From Tetramitus jugosus (taxonomy: Eukaryota > Protista > Heterolobosea), in assembly GCA_937625935.1 (NCBI GenBank), contig OW569396.1, positions 1 through 49,460 on the forward strand: a stretch of DNA of 49,460 nucleotides. The letters run 5' to 3'. Shown here in pieces: positions 10,331 through 19,966 of the stretch (within the stretch, counting starts at the first letter, position 1; every line of letters begins with the position of its first letter). Both the position numbers and the translations under genes were made by a program. Below the pieces are notes generated by a model. It did not search any database. It was given only the letters and a program-made list of their open reading frames with translations, and was not told where the DNA came from.

Positions 10331-10340
10331 ATTTTATTAT

Positions 10341-10423
10341 AACTACTTGGTGGAACGGTAGACACGAGAGACTTAAAATCTCTTAGCTTTTTAGCTGTGC
10401 AGGTTCGATTCCTGTAGTAGTAA
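10341..10423 (+). tRNA. trnL: tRNA-Leu(UAA)
   Basis: GAGAGA-CTTAAAA-TCTCT with long variable arm; A1xA72. Confidence 0.93.
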
Positions 10424-10441
10424 TACATTAATTACGAATAA

Positions 10442-12757
10442 ATGAGAGTGCGACAAAATGATATAATAAATTCTTCATCATTACTATTCAATGTACCATC
10501 ATTGATAAATATTACAACATATAAAAAAAACAAGAAAATTACAAAGTTTGTATTATTGTCAGAATTAGTTTATATGATAATATTACAAACAAAAAATTAT
10601 AAAAAATTACATGAAAATATTTTAAGACAAATAAGTTATATAAAAAAAAAATTATTTATGTTGATTAAAGAAGAATTAGAAAAGGCAAACAGAGTAGATA
10701 TTTTAGTATTAAAAAAAAAATTATTGAGAAATAATATTTCTTATGATAGTTTTGTTGATTTTATATTGTTAGACAATAAAGGACTTAATATTTCTCACTA
10801 TTTAAGAAAACATTTTAAAGAGGAGATAGATCATATAAAATTAAAAATTAAAGATAATAGTGTATATATTAAATATATATATCTAAAGAAAATAATAACA
10901 TACTTAAATAGAATATTAAATGATAAATTAGATAAAATAAATTATTTTTTTTATAAAATAATTTATCAAGTGTTAAAAAATAAAAATAATAGATTAAAAT
11001 TAAAAATATTAATTACTAGAATTATCAAAATGTATACTTCAAAAGGTTTAAATATTGAATTAAGTAGACAACGATTACAAAGATACTTATTAAAATGTTT
11101 TAAAAAATCAAATAATTTTAATTATAAATATTTACCGAACTCTGATGAAACTAGTGTGAAAGAACGAAATGTATTAGTTATTCAAAGGGATAATGCAAGC
11201 TCAATTAAAGAGGTATTGAATTATATTGTTAAACATAAATATGGATTTGGTTATTATAAGTTTTATAGAGAATTAAAAGCACGTAACTTAGAAAATATTT
11301 CTATTATTGAATTATTTAAATTATTTGACAGAGTTAATAATAATACATTATTTGGTATCTTTAAAAATTTAAATATTAAAATAAACAATAAAAAAGAAAA
11401 TAAATTATTAACTATTAATAATGTAGAGTTAAATAATTATAGAGTTTTAAGAAAAAATAATTTATATTTTTTACAATCTGATTATCATACATATTATAAT
11501 AAAGATCTTTATGGTATTTATAATGTGTATAATTTTTTTAATAGTTTAATTAAACATAAAAAAAATGATAATTTTTTAGGTGTTTCTGATAAATTATTAG
11601 AATTATTTAGCAAGAGTTATTTAAAGTATATTTTTTTTAATTTTGAGTATACTGATTTAGGTGAAGAATCTATAGTTGCTTATGGCGCATTGAATGATTT
11701 ATATAGTTATATGAGTAGCAACAAATTAAAAAAAGTAAAAAAGCAAAATATACCTTTTGATATAAATTTAGATTTTTTTATTACAGACACTATTTCTTTT
11801 TATGATATTATAAAAAGAAAAAAACATATTGAAGAATTATTCATAAATAATATCTTAGAGCAAACAAGTAGTTATTTTTATAAAATAAAAAATATTTATT
11901 TAAATTATGATATAATTAAGTCTTTTAGTTTAGCAAATATTAATACTAGTCATAAATTATTAAACCTTTCAGATAATTTAAATCAAATACACATATACAG
12001 TATTTTAAATAATATTTTTCTTCGTTATTTTACTAAACTAAGAAAAATAATTTATATTAATATTAATAATATTTCTGATAATAATGTAATAACATTACTA
12101 CATAACAAAAAAATATTTAATGTAATTTCAGATACAATTTCAAATCATTTTAATGATAAAAATGATTTGTTAAATTTAAAAAAAAATATATTAAATGAAG
12201 AAGATAGTACTGAAAATATTAATTTAAATATATCTAAATTTCTTATAAAAATTGAATCAAATCTTTTAAATAAAACATTAATTGATCAAATACCTTTATT
12301 AGAGAAACAATATTTAAATAATACATTAATTTATAATAAAGAAACTATTGTGAATAAATCCGAATGTTTAATTAGTATTAATAATCATATTCTATATAAA
12401 ATTCGTAACAATATAAGTATCTTTTTTAAAAATAATATAGATAGTGAGATAAAATTATTTCATTTGCAGGAAAGTTTTAATAGTTTTTTTTTTAAAAGGT
12501 TAATTTCTTTTAATAATATACTTAAACTTTCAAAAAAAGAAACAAGATTTTTAATAAAAAATAATATAATGTTTTTTTTAAATACTAAAGATTATTTTGG
12601 TGAATTAAATACAGAACGTTTGATGAAAATAAATTATTCATTTTTATTGGATGATTATAGTAGAGTACTAACTAGCATTATTACATACACTACTACTGAA
12701 TTAGAAAAAATTACAAAATTTCAAGCTAAAAGAAAACAATCTAATCGTATATACTAA
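10442..12757 (+). CDS. rps4: Probable greatly expanded ribosomal protein S4 (771 aa)
   Basis: By-eye colinear matches to uS4: IVKHKYGFGYYKF..LFKLFDRVNN..FGIF, KLLTINNVELNNYRVLRKNNLY, and C-terminal INYSFLLDDYSR; followed, after tRNAs, by rps13-rps11. Confidence 0.55.
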   Translation: MRVRQNDIINSSSLLFNVPSLINITTYKKNKKITKFVLLSELVYMIILQTKNYKKLHENILRQISYIKKKLFMLIKEELEKANRVDILVLKKKLLRNNISYDSFVDFILLDNKGLNISHYLRKHFKEEIDHIKLKIKDNSVYIKYIYLKKIITYLNRILNDKLDKINYFFYKIIYQVLKNKNNRLKLKILITRIIKMYTSKGLNIELSRQRLQRYLLKCFKKSNNFNYKYLPNSDETSVKERNVLVIQRDNASSIKEVLNYIVKHKYGFGYYKFYRELKARNLENISIIELFKLFDRVNNNTLFGIFKNLNIKINNKKENKLLTINNVELNNYRVLRKNNLYFLQSDYHTYYNKDLYGIYNVYNFFNSLIKHKKNDNFLGVSDKLLELFSKSYLKYIFFNFEYTDLGEESIVAYGALNDLYSYMSSNKLKKVKKQNIPFDINLDFFITDTISFYDIIKRKKHIEELFINNILEQTSSYFYKIKNIYLNYDIIKSFSLANINTSHKLLNLSDNLNQIHIYSILNNIFLRYFTKLRKIIYININNISDNNVITLLHNKKIFNVISDTISNHFNDKNDLLNLKKNILNEEDSTENINLNISKFLIKIESNLLNKTLIDQIPLLEKQYLNNTLIYNKETIVNKSECLISINNHILYKIRNNISIFFKNNIDSEIKLFHLQESFNSFFFKRLISFNNILKLSKKETRFLIKNNIMFFLNTKDYFGELNTERLMKINYSFLLDDYSRVLTSIITYTTTELEKITKFQAKRKQSNRIY

Positions 12758-12772
12758 TTGTTATGTTTAAAT

Positions 12773-12844
12773 GACTAAGTAGCTCAGTGGTAGAGCAGTT
12801 GACTGTTAATCAATTGGTCATAGGTTCAAATCCTATCTTGGTCT
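12773..12844 (+). tRNA. trnN: tRNA-Asn(GUU)
   Basis: Cloverleaf, loop CTGTTAA. Confidence 0.95.
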
Positions 12845-12856
12845 ATTATTATTGAT

Positions 12857-12929
12857 GAGTGAGTATGTCAATTGGTAGACTCTCCGTTTTGGGTATGGAA
12901 TAATGTAGGTTCGAATCCTGCCTCACTCA
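12857..12929 (+). tRNA. trnP: tRNA-Pro(UGG)
   Basis: GAGTGAG/CTCACTC acceptor, loop TTTGGGT. Confidence 0.93.
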
Positions 12930-12933
12930 TATT

Positions 12934-13016
12934 TGTAAGGTGGCTGAGTGGTCAAAAGCGGCAGACTGTAAATCTGCTCCGGTAACGGTTCACAGGTTCA
13001 AATCCTATCCTTACCA
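12934..13016 (+). tRNA. trnY: tRNA-Tyr(GUA)
   Basis: GCAGA-CTGTAAA-TCTGC; U1xC72; CxA in T-stem. Confidence 0.95.
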
Positions 13017-13049
13017 ATACGATAAGTTTAATAGTCTTTATTTTTATTA

Positions 13050-13121
13050 TTGGTAGTAACTCAATGGTAGAGTAGTGGTTTGTGGTACCATTAGTTGAGA
13101 GTTCGATCCTCTTCTACCACC
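13050..13121 (+). tRNA. trnH: tRNA-His(GUG)
   Basis: Loop TTGTGGT, C73; U1xC72; G-1 not encoded. Confidence 0.92.
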
Positions 13122-13136
13122 TATTAAAAAAAGTTC

Positions 13137-13217
13137 GCAGCTATGATGAAATGGTAAACATGTTGGTTTTAGATTCCAATCCTTAATAGGTTGAGGGTTC
13201 GACTCCCTTTAGCTGTA
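13137..13217 (+). tRNA. trnL: tRNA-Leu(UAG)
   Basis: Loop TTTAGAT, long variable arm. Confidence 0.92.
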
Positions 13218-13230
13218 TAATATACAAATA

Positions 13231-13635
13231 ATGATAATGGTAGATTCAATATTACCTTTTAGAACAGATAAATCAAAACAAGTATCACAATTAAATTTAT
13301 TAAATATATTTCAATTTTTTTCGCAACGATATGGTATAGGTAAAGGTATTAGCAATATTTTAATTTCTTATTCAGGTTATCATAAAAAAATAAAGTATGC
13401 TGTGTTAGAAAAAAAAAATAGTTATGTTTTATTTAGATATAAAGATTTTTTTATTGAAAAAAAAAAATTTTTAGATAATTTTATATTGGAAGATATGAAA
13501 AATAATATAAAATCTTATATATCTGATTGTACATTAAAAGGTAAGAAATTTAGATTAGGTATGCCTGTTAGAGGGCAACGAGTAAAAACTAATGGTAATA
13601 CTTCTAAGAAGTTAAAAGCATTTTTACGTTATTAA
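13231..13635 (+). CDS. rps13: Ribosomal protein S13
   Basis: YGIGK; LGMPVRGQRVKTNG. Confidence 0.92.
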   Translation: MIMVDSILPFRTDKSKQVSQLNLLNIFQFFSQRYGIGKGISNILISYSGYHKKIKYAVLEKKNSYVLFRYKDFFIEKKKFLDNFILEDMKNNIKSYISDCTLKGKKFRLGMPVRGQRVKTNGNTSKKLKAFLRY

Positions 13636-13667
13636 TTGAACACTTATATAAAGTATATAGAATAATT

Positions 13668-14342
13668 ATGTATAATAATAAAATAAGAGATAAAATAAAA
13701 AATAAAATAGTTCTATTATTGCACAGCTCTATAAATAAATTTCAATTAAATGAAATGTTAACATTTAGTTCATCTTCATTTTTGAATAGAGTAGACAAAG
13801 ACACAAATCAAGAGGCAAGGATTTATATTCAGAGTTTGGGCAGAAACACTTTTATTACTGTTTCATTGGATGATAAATTGATTTATAATAGATCTATTGG
13901 TCAATTTAAAGTATCTAATTCAAAATTAAAAAAAAAAGATAAACGTAGAATGATGTATATTCATTCATTTTTACAATCTTTTAATCATTATTTTTTTAAG
14001 ACATTAACTAAAAAATACAATATAAAAAATGTATCATTTTACTTAAATTGTTTACCTAGAATTGTAAATGCGATATTAAAAGATTTTTCTTTTAAGTATT
14101 ATAGTCGTTTATATTTTGCAAGAAAGGCTCATCGTAAATATATAAGATTTAAAAATAGAAGATATTTAAAAAATAAAAAATTATTTGCAAGACTAAAAAT
14201 AAAAAAAAAATTTAAAAAAAAATTATATTTACTTGATTTTATACGTAAACATAGATATAATAAATTTTTTAGTATACGTAGTATTAACTATTTAGGTAAA
14301 ATTTCTTATAATGGTTGCAGAAAAAAAAAGAAAAAAATATAA
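13668..14342 (+). CDS. rps11: Ribosomal protein S11 (with basic insertion)
   Basis: IYIQSLGRNTFITV; C-terminal SYNGCRKKK; follows rps13. Confidence 0.85.
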   Translation: MYNNKIRDKIKNKIVLLLHSSINKFQLNEMLTFSSSSFLNRVDKDTNQEARIYIQSLGRNTFITVSLDDKLIYNRSIGQFKVSNSKLKKKDKRRMMYIHSFLQSFNHYFFKTLTKKYNIKNVSFYLNCLPRIVNAILKDFSFKYYSRLYFARKAHRKYIRFKNRRYLKNKKLFARLKIKKKFKKKLYLLDFIRKHRYNKFFSIRSINYLGKISYNGCRKKKKKI

Positions 14343-14363
14343 TGTACTTTTAAGTAATTATGT

Positions 14364-14435
14364 ATTCTTGTAGCTCAGTGGTAGAGCATTCCGCTCATAA
14401 CGGATTGGTCATGGGTTCAATTCCTATCAAGAATA
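14364..14435 (+). tRNA. trnI: tRNA with CAU anticodon, probably Ile (lysidine type)
   Basis: CCGCTCATAACGG arm typical of tRNA-Ile2; AUA codons are abundant; identity is inferred. Confidence 0.75.
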
Positions 14436-14437
14436 CT

Positions 14438-14511
14438 TCGGTGGTAACTCAGTTGGTTAGAGTAATTGTTTGTCACACAGGAGGTCGTAGGTTCAAATCC
14501 TATCCATCGCA
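14438..14511 (+). tRNA. trnD: tRNA-Asp(GUC)
   Basis: Loop TTGTCAC; U1xC72. Confidence 0.92.
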
Positions 14512-14679
14512 TTTATTTAATTTAATTAATAAGCAATTGTATATCAAATAATATATTTTTACTATAGTACTAACTTAAACTTTTATTAATTATGTGTAGT
14601 TAATTAATTGTATTATTAACTCTATATTGCATGTTCAATTGTATACTGATAACTTGTAATGTGTAATATTAAGTATACA

Positions 14680-15501
14680 ATGTTAAATTTTAACGTATTT
14701 CAATATTTCTTTTTTGGAGAGGTTGCAAATGATACAATGTTTAATATTGCAATGTTATATAAAGAAACAGTTATTATGATGTTATTGATTCTATATGTAG
14801 TATTATCTATAATTTTTTATATTATAGAAAATTTTAATCATGAAACAAATAAATTTCCAATTTATTTTAGTAAAGAAACAGAATCAACATTAGATATTGT
14901 TTTTGTATTATTCCCAACAGCAATAATAGCATATTTAATTATTCCTGCAGTAGGGTATGTATATAATATTGAATATAGTGCAGCTCAAGTGGAAACATTA
15001 TTTAATGTTTATGTAATAGGTCATCAATGGTATTGGTCTTATGAATATGAAGTAAATATTTGTAATGATAGTAATTTAAATTTTTTAGGAAATGATTTTA
15101 TTAAACAAAAATTAACTTTTGATAGTTTAATTGATTTATCAGCATCTGATTCTAGATTACTAGCGGTAGATAAAAGATTAATATTACCTTCTAGTTCCTA
15201 TATTAATTTATTAATTACTTCTGAGGATGTTATACATTCTTGGGCACTTCCTCAATTAGGTATAAAGGTTGATGCAATACCAGGTAGATTAGCAGAATAT
15301 GTGTTTTTTGCTAATTTTAATGGTATTTATTATGGTCAATGCTCTGAATTGTGTGGTGTAAATCATGGTTTTATGCCTATTTGTGTTGAAACTATTTCTA
15401 GTGATATTTTTTTAGATTTTTTATTAGTTAGTATAAATTTTAATCCAAGTAAGTTATTATTAGATAATTGTGATGGATTTATATTAAATAATGAAATTTA
15501 A
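14680..15501 (+). CDS. cox2: Cytochrome c oxidase subunit 2
   Basis: GHQWYWSYEY, DVIHSW, CSELCGVNHGFM CuA motif; start is ATG 14659 or 14680 (the latter lies 34 nt after a motif variant). Confidence 0.97.
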   Translation: MLNFNVFQYFFFGEVANDTMFNIAMLYKETVIMMLLILYVVLSIIFYIIENFNHETNKFPIYFSKETESTLDIVFVLFPTAIIAYLIIPAVGYVYNIEYSAAQVETLFNVYVIGHQWYWSYEYEVNICNDSNLNFLGNDFIKQKLTFDSLIDLSASDSRLLAVDKRLILPSSSYINLLITSEDVIHSWALPQLGIKVDAIPGRLAEYVFFANFNGIYYGQCSELCGVNHGFMPICVETISSDIFLDFLLVSINFNPSKLLLDNCDGFILNNEI

Positions 15502-15532
15502 TATAAATAATATTATGTATAGGTATAATTGA

Positions 15533-15699
15533 TGCAAGATGTAAAATATTATGTATTTTACAAATAAAAATAACAATAACGTATTGTTATATTAATATAA
15601 AAGATGCGACAATGTAGCAGTACTATAATTATTTTTTTAGTAGTATTGGATACATTATATTTTATGCTTTATTAGCATAAAATATACTTTACATCTGTA
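15533..15699 (+). ncRNA. Candidate structured intergenic RNA (identity unknown)
   Basis: Closing stem 15537-15545/15688-15696 encloses three to four hairpins. Confidence 0.35.
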
Positions 15700-15726
15700 A
15701 ACAATAAATTAAATAATTTAATAATC

Positions 15727-17388
15727 ATGAAAAATATTATAAGTATAGATACTATTGGTAAAGTAAAAAAAATATTTGATCATTTTGTTATAGCAGAAGG
15801 TTTAGATACAGCATATATAGGAGAAGTTGTAAATTTTAAAAATAAAAGATCTGAAATTACAGGTCAAATATTAAATTTAGAAAAAAAAGAAGTTAAGATT
15901 GCTATATTAAGTGGTGATCAATCTGATATTGAAATTAATGATGTTATTTACAGAACATATAAAATGGTTGAAATTCCAGTTGGTACTAGAGTATTAGGTA
16001 GAGTAATGGATCCAGTAGGGGAATGCTTAAATAAAAAAGAATTTGACAGACATGAATATGTGTATAACGAAACTATATATACACAAAAATATGAAATCGA
16101 AAGAAATTCTCCAGGTATTATCGAAAGAGAAACAGTTAGAACTCCTTATATGACTGGTATTAATGTAATAGATTTTTTTATACCAGTAGGTTGTGGACAA
16201 AGGGAATTAGTTATTGGTGATAATAATACAGGTAAAACTACATTATGTGTTACAGCTATATTACATCAAAGACACTGGAATAATCAAATCCATTCTTTAT
16301 GGAGAGAAATGGAAGGCTCTATGAAAGTATATACACATTATAGCTTAAGACCTTGTGTATATGTTTGGGTAGGTGCTCGTAAATCTGAAGCAGCAAGATT
16401 AAAAAGTTTATTAAAAACAAGTAATGCTTTAAATTATACATCTATAGTATTTACTTCTGCAGATCAACCTGCAGCTTTACAATTCTTAGCTCCATACTCT
16501 GGTATAGCTGTTGCTGAGTGGTTTAGAGATCGTGGTCATGCTGCATTAGTAGTATTTGATGATCTATCTCAACATGCTGTTGCATACAGACAAATGTCTT
16601 TAATTTTAAGAAGACCTCCAGGTAGAGAAGCTTACCCAGGTGATGTATTCTATGTACATTCTAAATTATTAGAAAGATCTGGCCAAGTTTGTAAACCAAA
16701 AGGTGGTGGATCTGTTACAGCATTACCAGTAATAGAAACTAAAGCAGGTGATATATCTTCATATATACCTACAAATGTTATTTCTATTACTGATGGTCAA
16801 GTATTCTTATCATTAGAATTAATTAATAAAGGTATTCGTCCAGCTATACATATAGGTTTATCTGTAAGTAGAGTTGGTAGTTCTGCTCAATATAGAACAA
16901 TGAATTACTTATCTAAACGTTTAAAACATGATATGGCTTTATATATTTCTTTTGCTGGTTCTCAAAAAATAGGTTCTAGTGTTGATGAAGCAATTAAACA
17001 ATATATAAGTAGAGGTGAAAAAATAATTGATTTATTTAGACAAGGTTCATATCATTCATACAGATTATTTCATCAAGTTGTGATGGCATATAGTTTAGTA
17101 AAAGGTAATTGTGATTTTTTAGACACTAAGTATTTAAAATTATATTTTGCTATTAAATTTAATAAATTAATATCTGCTAAATATTTAAAGGCTAATGTAA
17201 CACAATATTTATTATATATTGATGAAATAGAAGCTATGTTTAAAAGTAGAAATATTGAATTATTTGAAGAAGATTTAAAGATGTGGGATAATGCTTTTAA
17301 AAATTTTTTTTATAAAGACCTTTATCCTAGATTATTAGCTGATAAAAAAGATAGATTCTTTAATATGATGAAATCACAATATTTATAA
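15727..17388 (+). CDS. atp1: ATP synthase F1 alpha
   Basis: GQRELVIGDNNTGKT, RRPPGREAYPGDVFY, TNVISITDGQ. Confidence 0.98.
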   Translation: MKNIISIDTIGKVKKIFDHFVIAEGLDTAYIGEVVNFKNKRSEITGQILNLEKKEVKIAILSGDQSDIEINDVIYRTYKMVEIPVGTRVLGRVMDPVGECLNKKEFDRHEYVYNETIYTQKYEIERNSPGIIERETVRTPYMTGINVIDFFIPVGCGQRELVIGDNNTGKTTLCVTAILHQRHWNNQIHSLWREMEGSMKVYTHYSLRPCVYVWVGARKSEAARLKSLLKTSNALNYTSIVFTSADQPAALQFLAPYSGIAVAEWFRDRGHAALVVFDDLSQHAVAYRQMSLILRRPPGREAYPGDVFYVHSKLLERSGQVCKPKGGGSVTALPVIETKAGDISSYIPTNVISITDGQVFLSLELINKGIRPAIHIGLSVSRVGSSAQYRTMNYLSKRLKHDMALYISFAGSQKIGSSVDEAIKQYISRGEKIIDLFRQGSYHSYRLFHQVVMAYSLVKGNCDFLDTKYLKLYFAIKFNKLISAKYLKANVTQYLLYIDEIEAMFKSRNIELFEEDLKMWDNAFKNFFYKDLYPRLLADKKDRFFNMMKSQYL

Positions 17389-17417
17389 TTAGTATACTGT
17401 CATTATTTATGTTTATC

Positions 17418-17447
17418 ATTATTAAAAATTATTGATTACTTATTTAT
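17418..17447 (+). repeat. 30-bp dispersed direct repeat, copy 1
   Basis: ATTATTAAAAATTATTGATTACTTATTTAT, identical to 37604-37633. Confidence 0.85.
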
Positions 17448-17460
17448 CATATTTCATATT

Positions 17461-18006
17461 ATGAATATTTTATTATTTGTTGGAGTGTTTATTGTAGTTT
17501 GTACTACACAAAATTTACTAGGCATTGGGTGTGATTCATCACAAGCTTTATTGGATAATGATTTAAAAGAAATTCATGATAAAGAAATGCAAGCTTTATT
17601 GGATCATGATTCAAGAGAAATTCATGATAAAGAAATGCAAGCTTATGATAAAGCAGAAAAAATGTTGTTAAAGCAACAAGAGATAGAAAAAGAAAGTGTA
17701 TTACAAATACAGTCTTTAATAACAGCTTCTTATGAAGCTGATTCTATTGTTCATGAGAAAATGTATAGAGTGGTATCAGCATACAGGGATCATCTTTGTG
17801 ACAACATAGAAAGAGATGGATTCTCATTAACTAGAGAAGATAGATCACTAGTTTTTTGTCAGGTTCATGATATGTTTATGGCGGTAATAGGTCAAGTTGA
17901 ATCTAAGAAAGAGGCATGCGAAATAGTTGATGCTTTGTATAATCAAAAAGTATTAAACAACATGGACGGTATAGAAGAAATTATTCAACGTACTAGAACA
18001 CATTAA
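17461..18006 (+). CDS. Orphan orf181 (hydrophobic N-terminus, acidic body)
   Basis: Intact ORF; TTGATTACTT motif 29 nt upstream of the ATG. Confidence 0.7.
   Translation: MNILLFVGVFIVVCTTQNLLGIGCDSSQALLDNDLKEIHDKEMQALLDHDSREIHDKEMQAYDKAEKMLLKQQEIEKESVLQIQSLITASYEADSIVHEKMYRVVSAYRDHLCDNIERDGFSLTREDRSLVFCQVHDMFMAVIGQVESKKEACEIVDALYNQKVLNNMDGIEEIIQRTRTH
17542..17644 (+). repeat. 48-bp in-frame tandem repeat (2 copies + 7 nt)
   Basis: Units start at 17542, 17590 and 17638 (CAAGCTT...) and encode QALLD(N/H)D(L/S)(K/R)EIHDKEM. Confidence 0.92.
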
Positions 18007-18022
18007 AAAAAGTATTACTGAT

Positions 18023-18097
18023 TAAAAGATGCCTGAGTGGTCAAAAGGGTTAGTTTGCTAAACTAATAAATCGCAGGTTCGAATCCTGTTCTTTTCT
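18023..18097 (+). tRNA. trnS: tRNA-Ser(GCU) with short variable region
   Basis: TTAGT-TTGCTAA-ACTAA; U1xC72. Confidence 0.85.
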
Positions 18098-18168
18098 TTA
18101 GGAGTAGTTCAACGGTAGAATGTGAGTCTCCAAAACTCAATATAAGGGTTCAATTCCCTTCTCTCTTA
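18098..18168 (+). tRNA. trnW: tRNA-Trp(CCA)
   Basis: TGAGT-CTCCAAA-ACTCA; mismatches at acceptor pairs 1-3. Confidence 0.92.
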
Positions 18169-18176
18169 TCTATTTT

Positions 18177-18249
18177 TGCTCCTTCGTCTAGCGGTCTAGG
18201 ACGATACCCTTTCACGGTACAAACACGAGTTCAAATCTCGTAGGAGTCA
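18177..18249 (+). tRNA. trnE: tRNA-Glu(UUC)
   Basis: Loop CTTTCAC; U1xC72, G2.U71. Confidence 0.93.
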
Positions 18250-18307
18250 TTTTTTATTACAGATTATTTATATTAGAAATAATGTTTTTTAAAACATTAT
18301 TTCGTGT

Positions 18308-19957
18308 AGAGTAGGGTTTTATTCTGGCTCGGAGTGAATGCTACTGATATGCTTAACACATGCAAGTTGAACGTATCTTTTTAATGTTAGAATTCTTTTA
18401 TAAGAATAAGTAAAGATTTACGTAGCGAACGGGTGTAAAATGTAGATTGAATGTTACTTAAAAGTTTGGGATGATTGTTTTTACATAAATACCGAATACA
18501 ATTAAAGTATTTAATATAAATAGTACTTATAATAAAGGCTTATAAAGTCGCTTTTAAATACGCATCTATAGTTTTAGGTAGTTGGTGTGGTAATGGCACA
18601 CCAAGCCAGACATGCTTAGCTGTTCTGAGAGGATGTACAGCCACATAGAGACTGAGACAAGGCTCTGGCTCCGTTTGGAGGCAGCAGTGGGGAATCTTGG
18701 GCAATGAGCGAAAGCTTGACCCAGCAATATCAATAGAGTGAACGAAGATTTTTAATCGTAAAACTCTTCCTTTAGCTAAGATTATGACTTAAACTAAAGA
18801 TTAGCGCTGGCAAAATCTCGTGCCAGCCGCCGCGGTAATACGGGTAGCGCTAGTGTTATTCCTCTTGATTGGGCGTAAAGGGTGTGTAGGCGGTATAATA
18901 AGTTAGAAATGAAAGACTATGCTTATCAATTGTAAATTTCTAAAACTATTATACTAGAGTAATATGAAAGATAGCGGAACCTTTAACATCAGAGTTGAAA
19001 TGCGTATACATTAAAGGGAACCCCGAAGGCGAAAGCAGCTATCTATTTATTTCTGACGCTGAGGCACGAAGGCATGGGGATCAAATAGGATTAGATACCC
19101 TAGTAGTCCATGCTGTCAACGATGAGTATTAAATGTCTTACTATTTAGTGGGATGTTACAGCTTACGCGTTAAATACTCCGCCTGGGAAGTACGATCGCA
19201 AGATTGAAACCTTAAGAAATTGACGGAGGTTAGTTGCAAGCGGTGGAGCATGTGGTTTAATTTGATAAAACGCGTAGAATCTTACCAATCTTTGATATAT
19301 CCATAATAGATAGTTAGAACTTATTATTTATAATAAACTAAAGACTTGTCTTTCTATCTCATAACATATTTATTTAAAATATGTTATGAATCTTTGTAAA
19401 ATATTTTTTTTTTAGAATATTTGCTTATATAAAAATTGGATACAGATGCTGCATGGCTGTCGTAAGGCCGTGCTGTGAAGTGTTAGATTAATTTCTTTCA
19501 ACGGCCACAACCCCTATCCTAAGTTGTTTTACTATTCAGTAAAGAGAAACTTGGGATATTGCCTACGTAATGTGGGATGAAAGTAGGGACGACGTCAAGT
19601 CATCATGGCTCTTATAGATTGGGCTACACATGTGCTACATTGGTAGATACAAAGAGAAGCAAAGATGTGAATCTGAGCAAATCTAAAAAATCTATCTTAG
19701 TTCGGATTGTTCTCTGAAACTCGAGAACATGAAGTTGGAATCGCTAGTAATCGTGGATAAGAACGCCACGGTGAATTTGTCACCTAACCTTGTACATACC
19801 GCCCGTCACGTCACGAAAGTTGGTTGTTCTGTAGGTTGTATTTAAATTTATTATAATTATTTATTAATGAAATAAAGTATCAGTACAATCAAAGGGTGAT
19901 CGATGATTGAGATGAAGTCGTAACATGGTAGGCGTAAGGGAACTTGCGCCTGGAATA
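18308..19957 (+). rRNA. rns: Small subunit rRNA (ends approximate)
   Basis: GTGCCAGCCGCCGCGGTAATAC, ATTAGATACCC, GTACATACCGCCCGTC, AAGTCGTAACA. Confidence 0.97.
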
Positions 19958-19966
19958 ATGTAAATT

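Noticed and set aside
14360-14551. 63-aa ORF
   Set aside because: Overlaps two tRNA genes
17542-17644. CRISPR-like array
   Set aside because: Contiguous in-frame tandem duplication without spacers; no cas genes
18098-18168. Non-standard code (UGA=Trp)
   Set aside because: Conserved Trp codons are TGG, the tRNA-Trp anticodon is CCA, and TGA ends rpl16, rpl6 and rpl11
19746-19752. SSU rRNA AGTAATC is complementary to the GATTACT core of the box
   Set aside because: Universally conserved, structurally engaged rRNA segment; box variants (GACTAC, GACAAC, GATTACA) break the pairing
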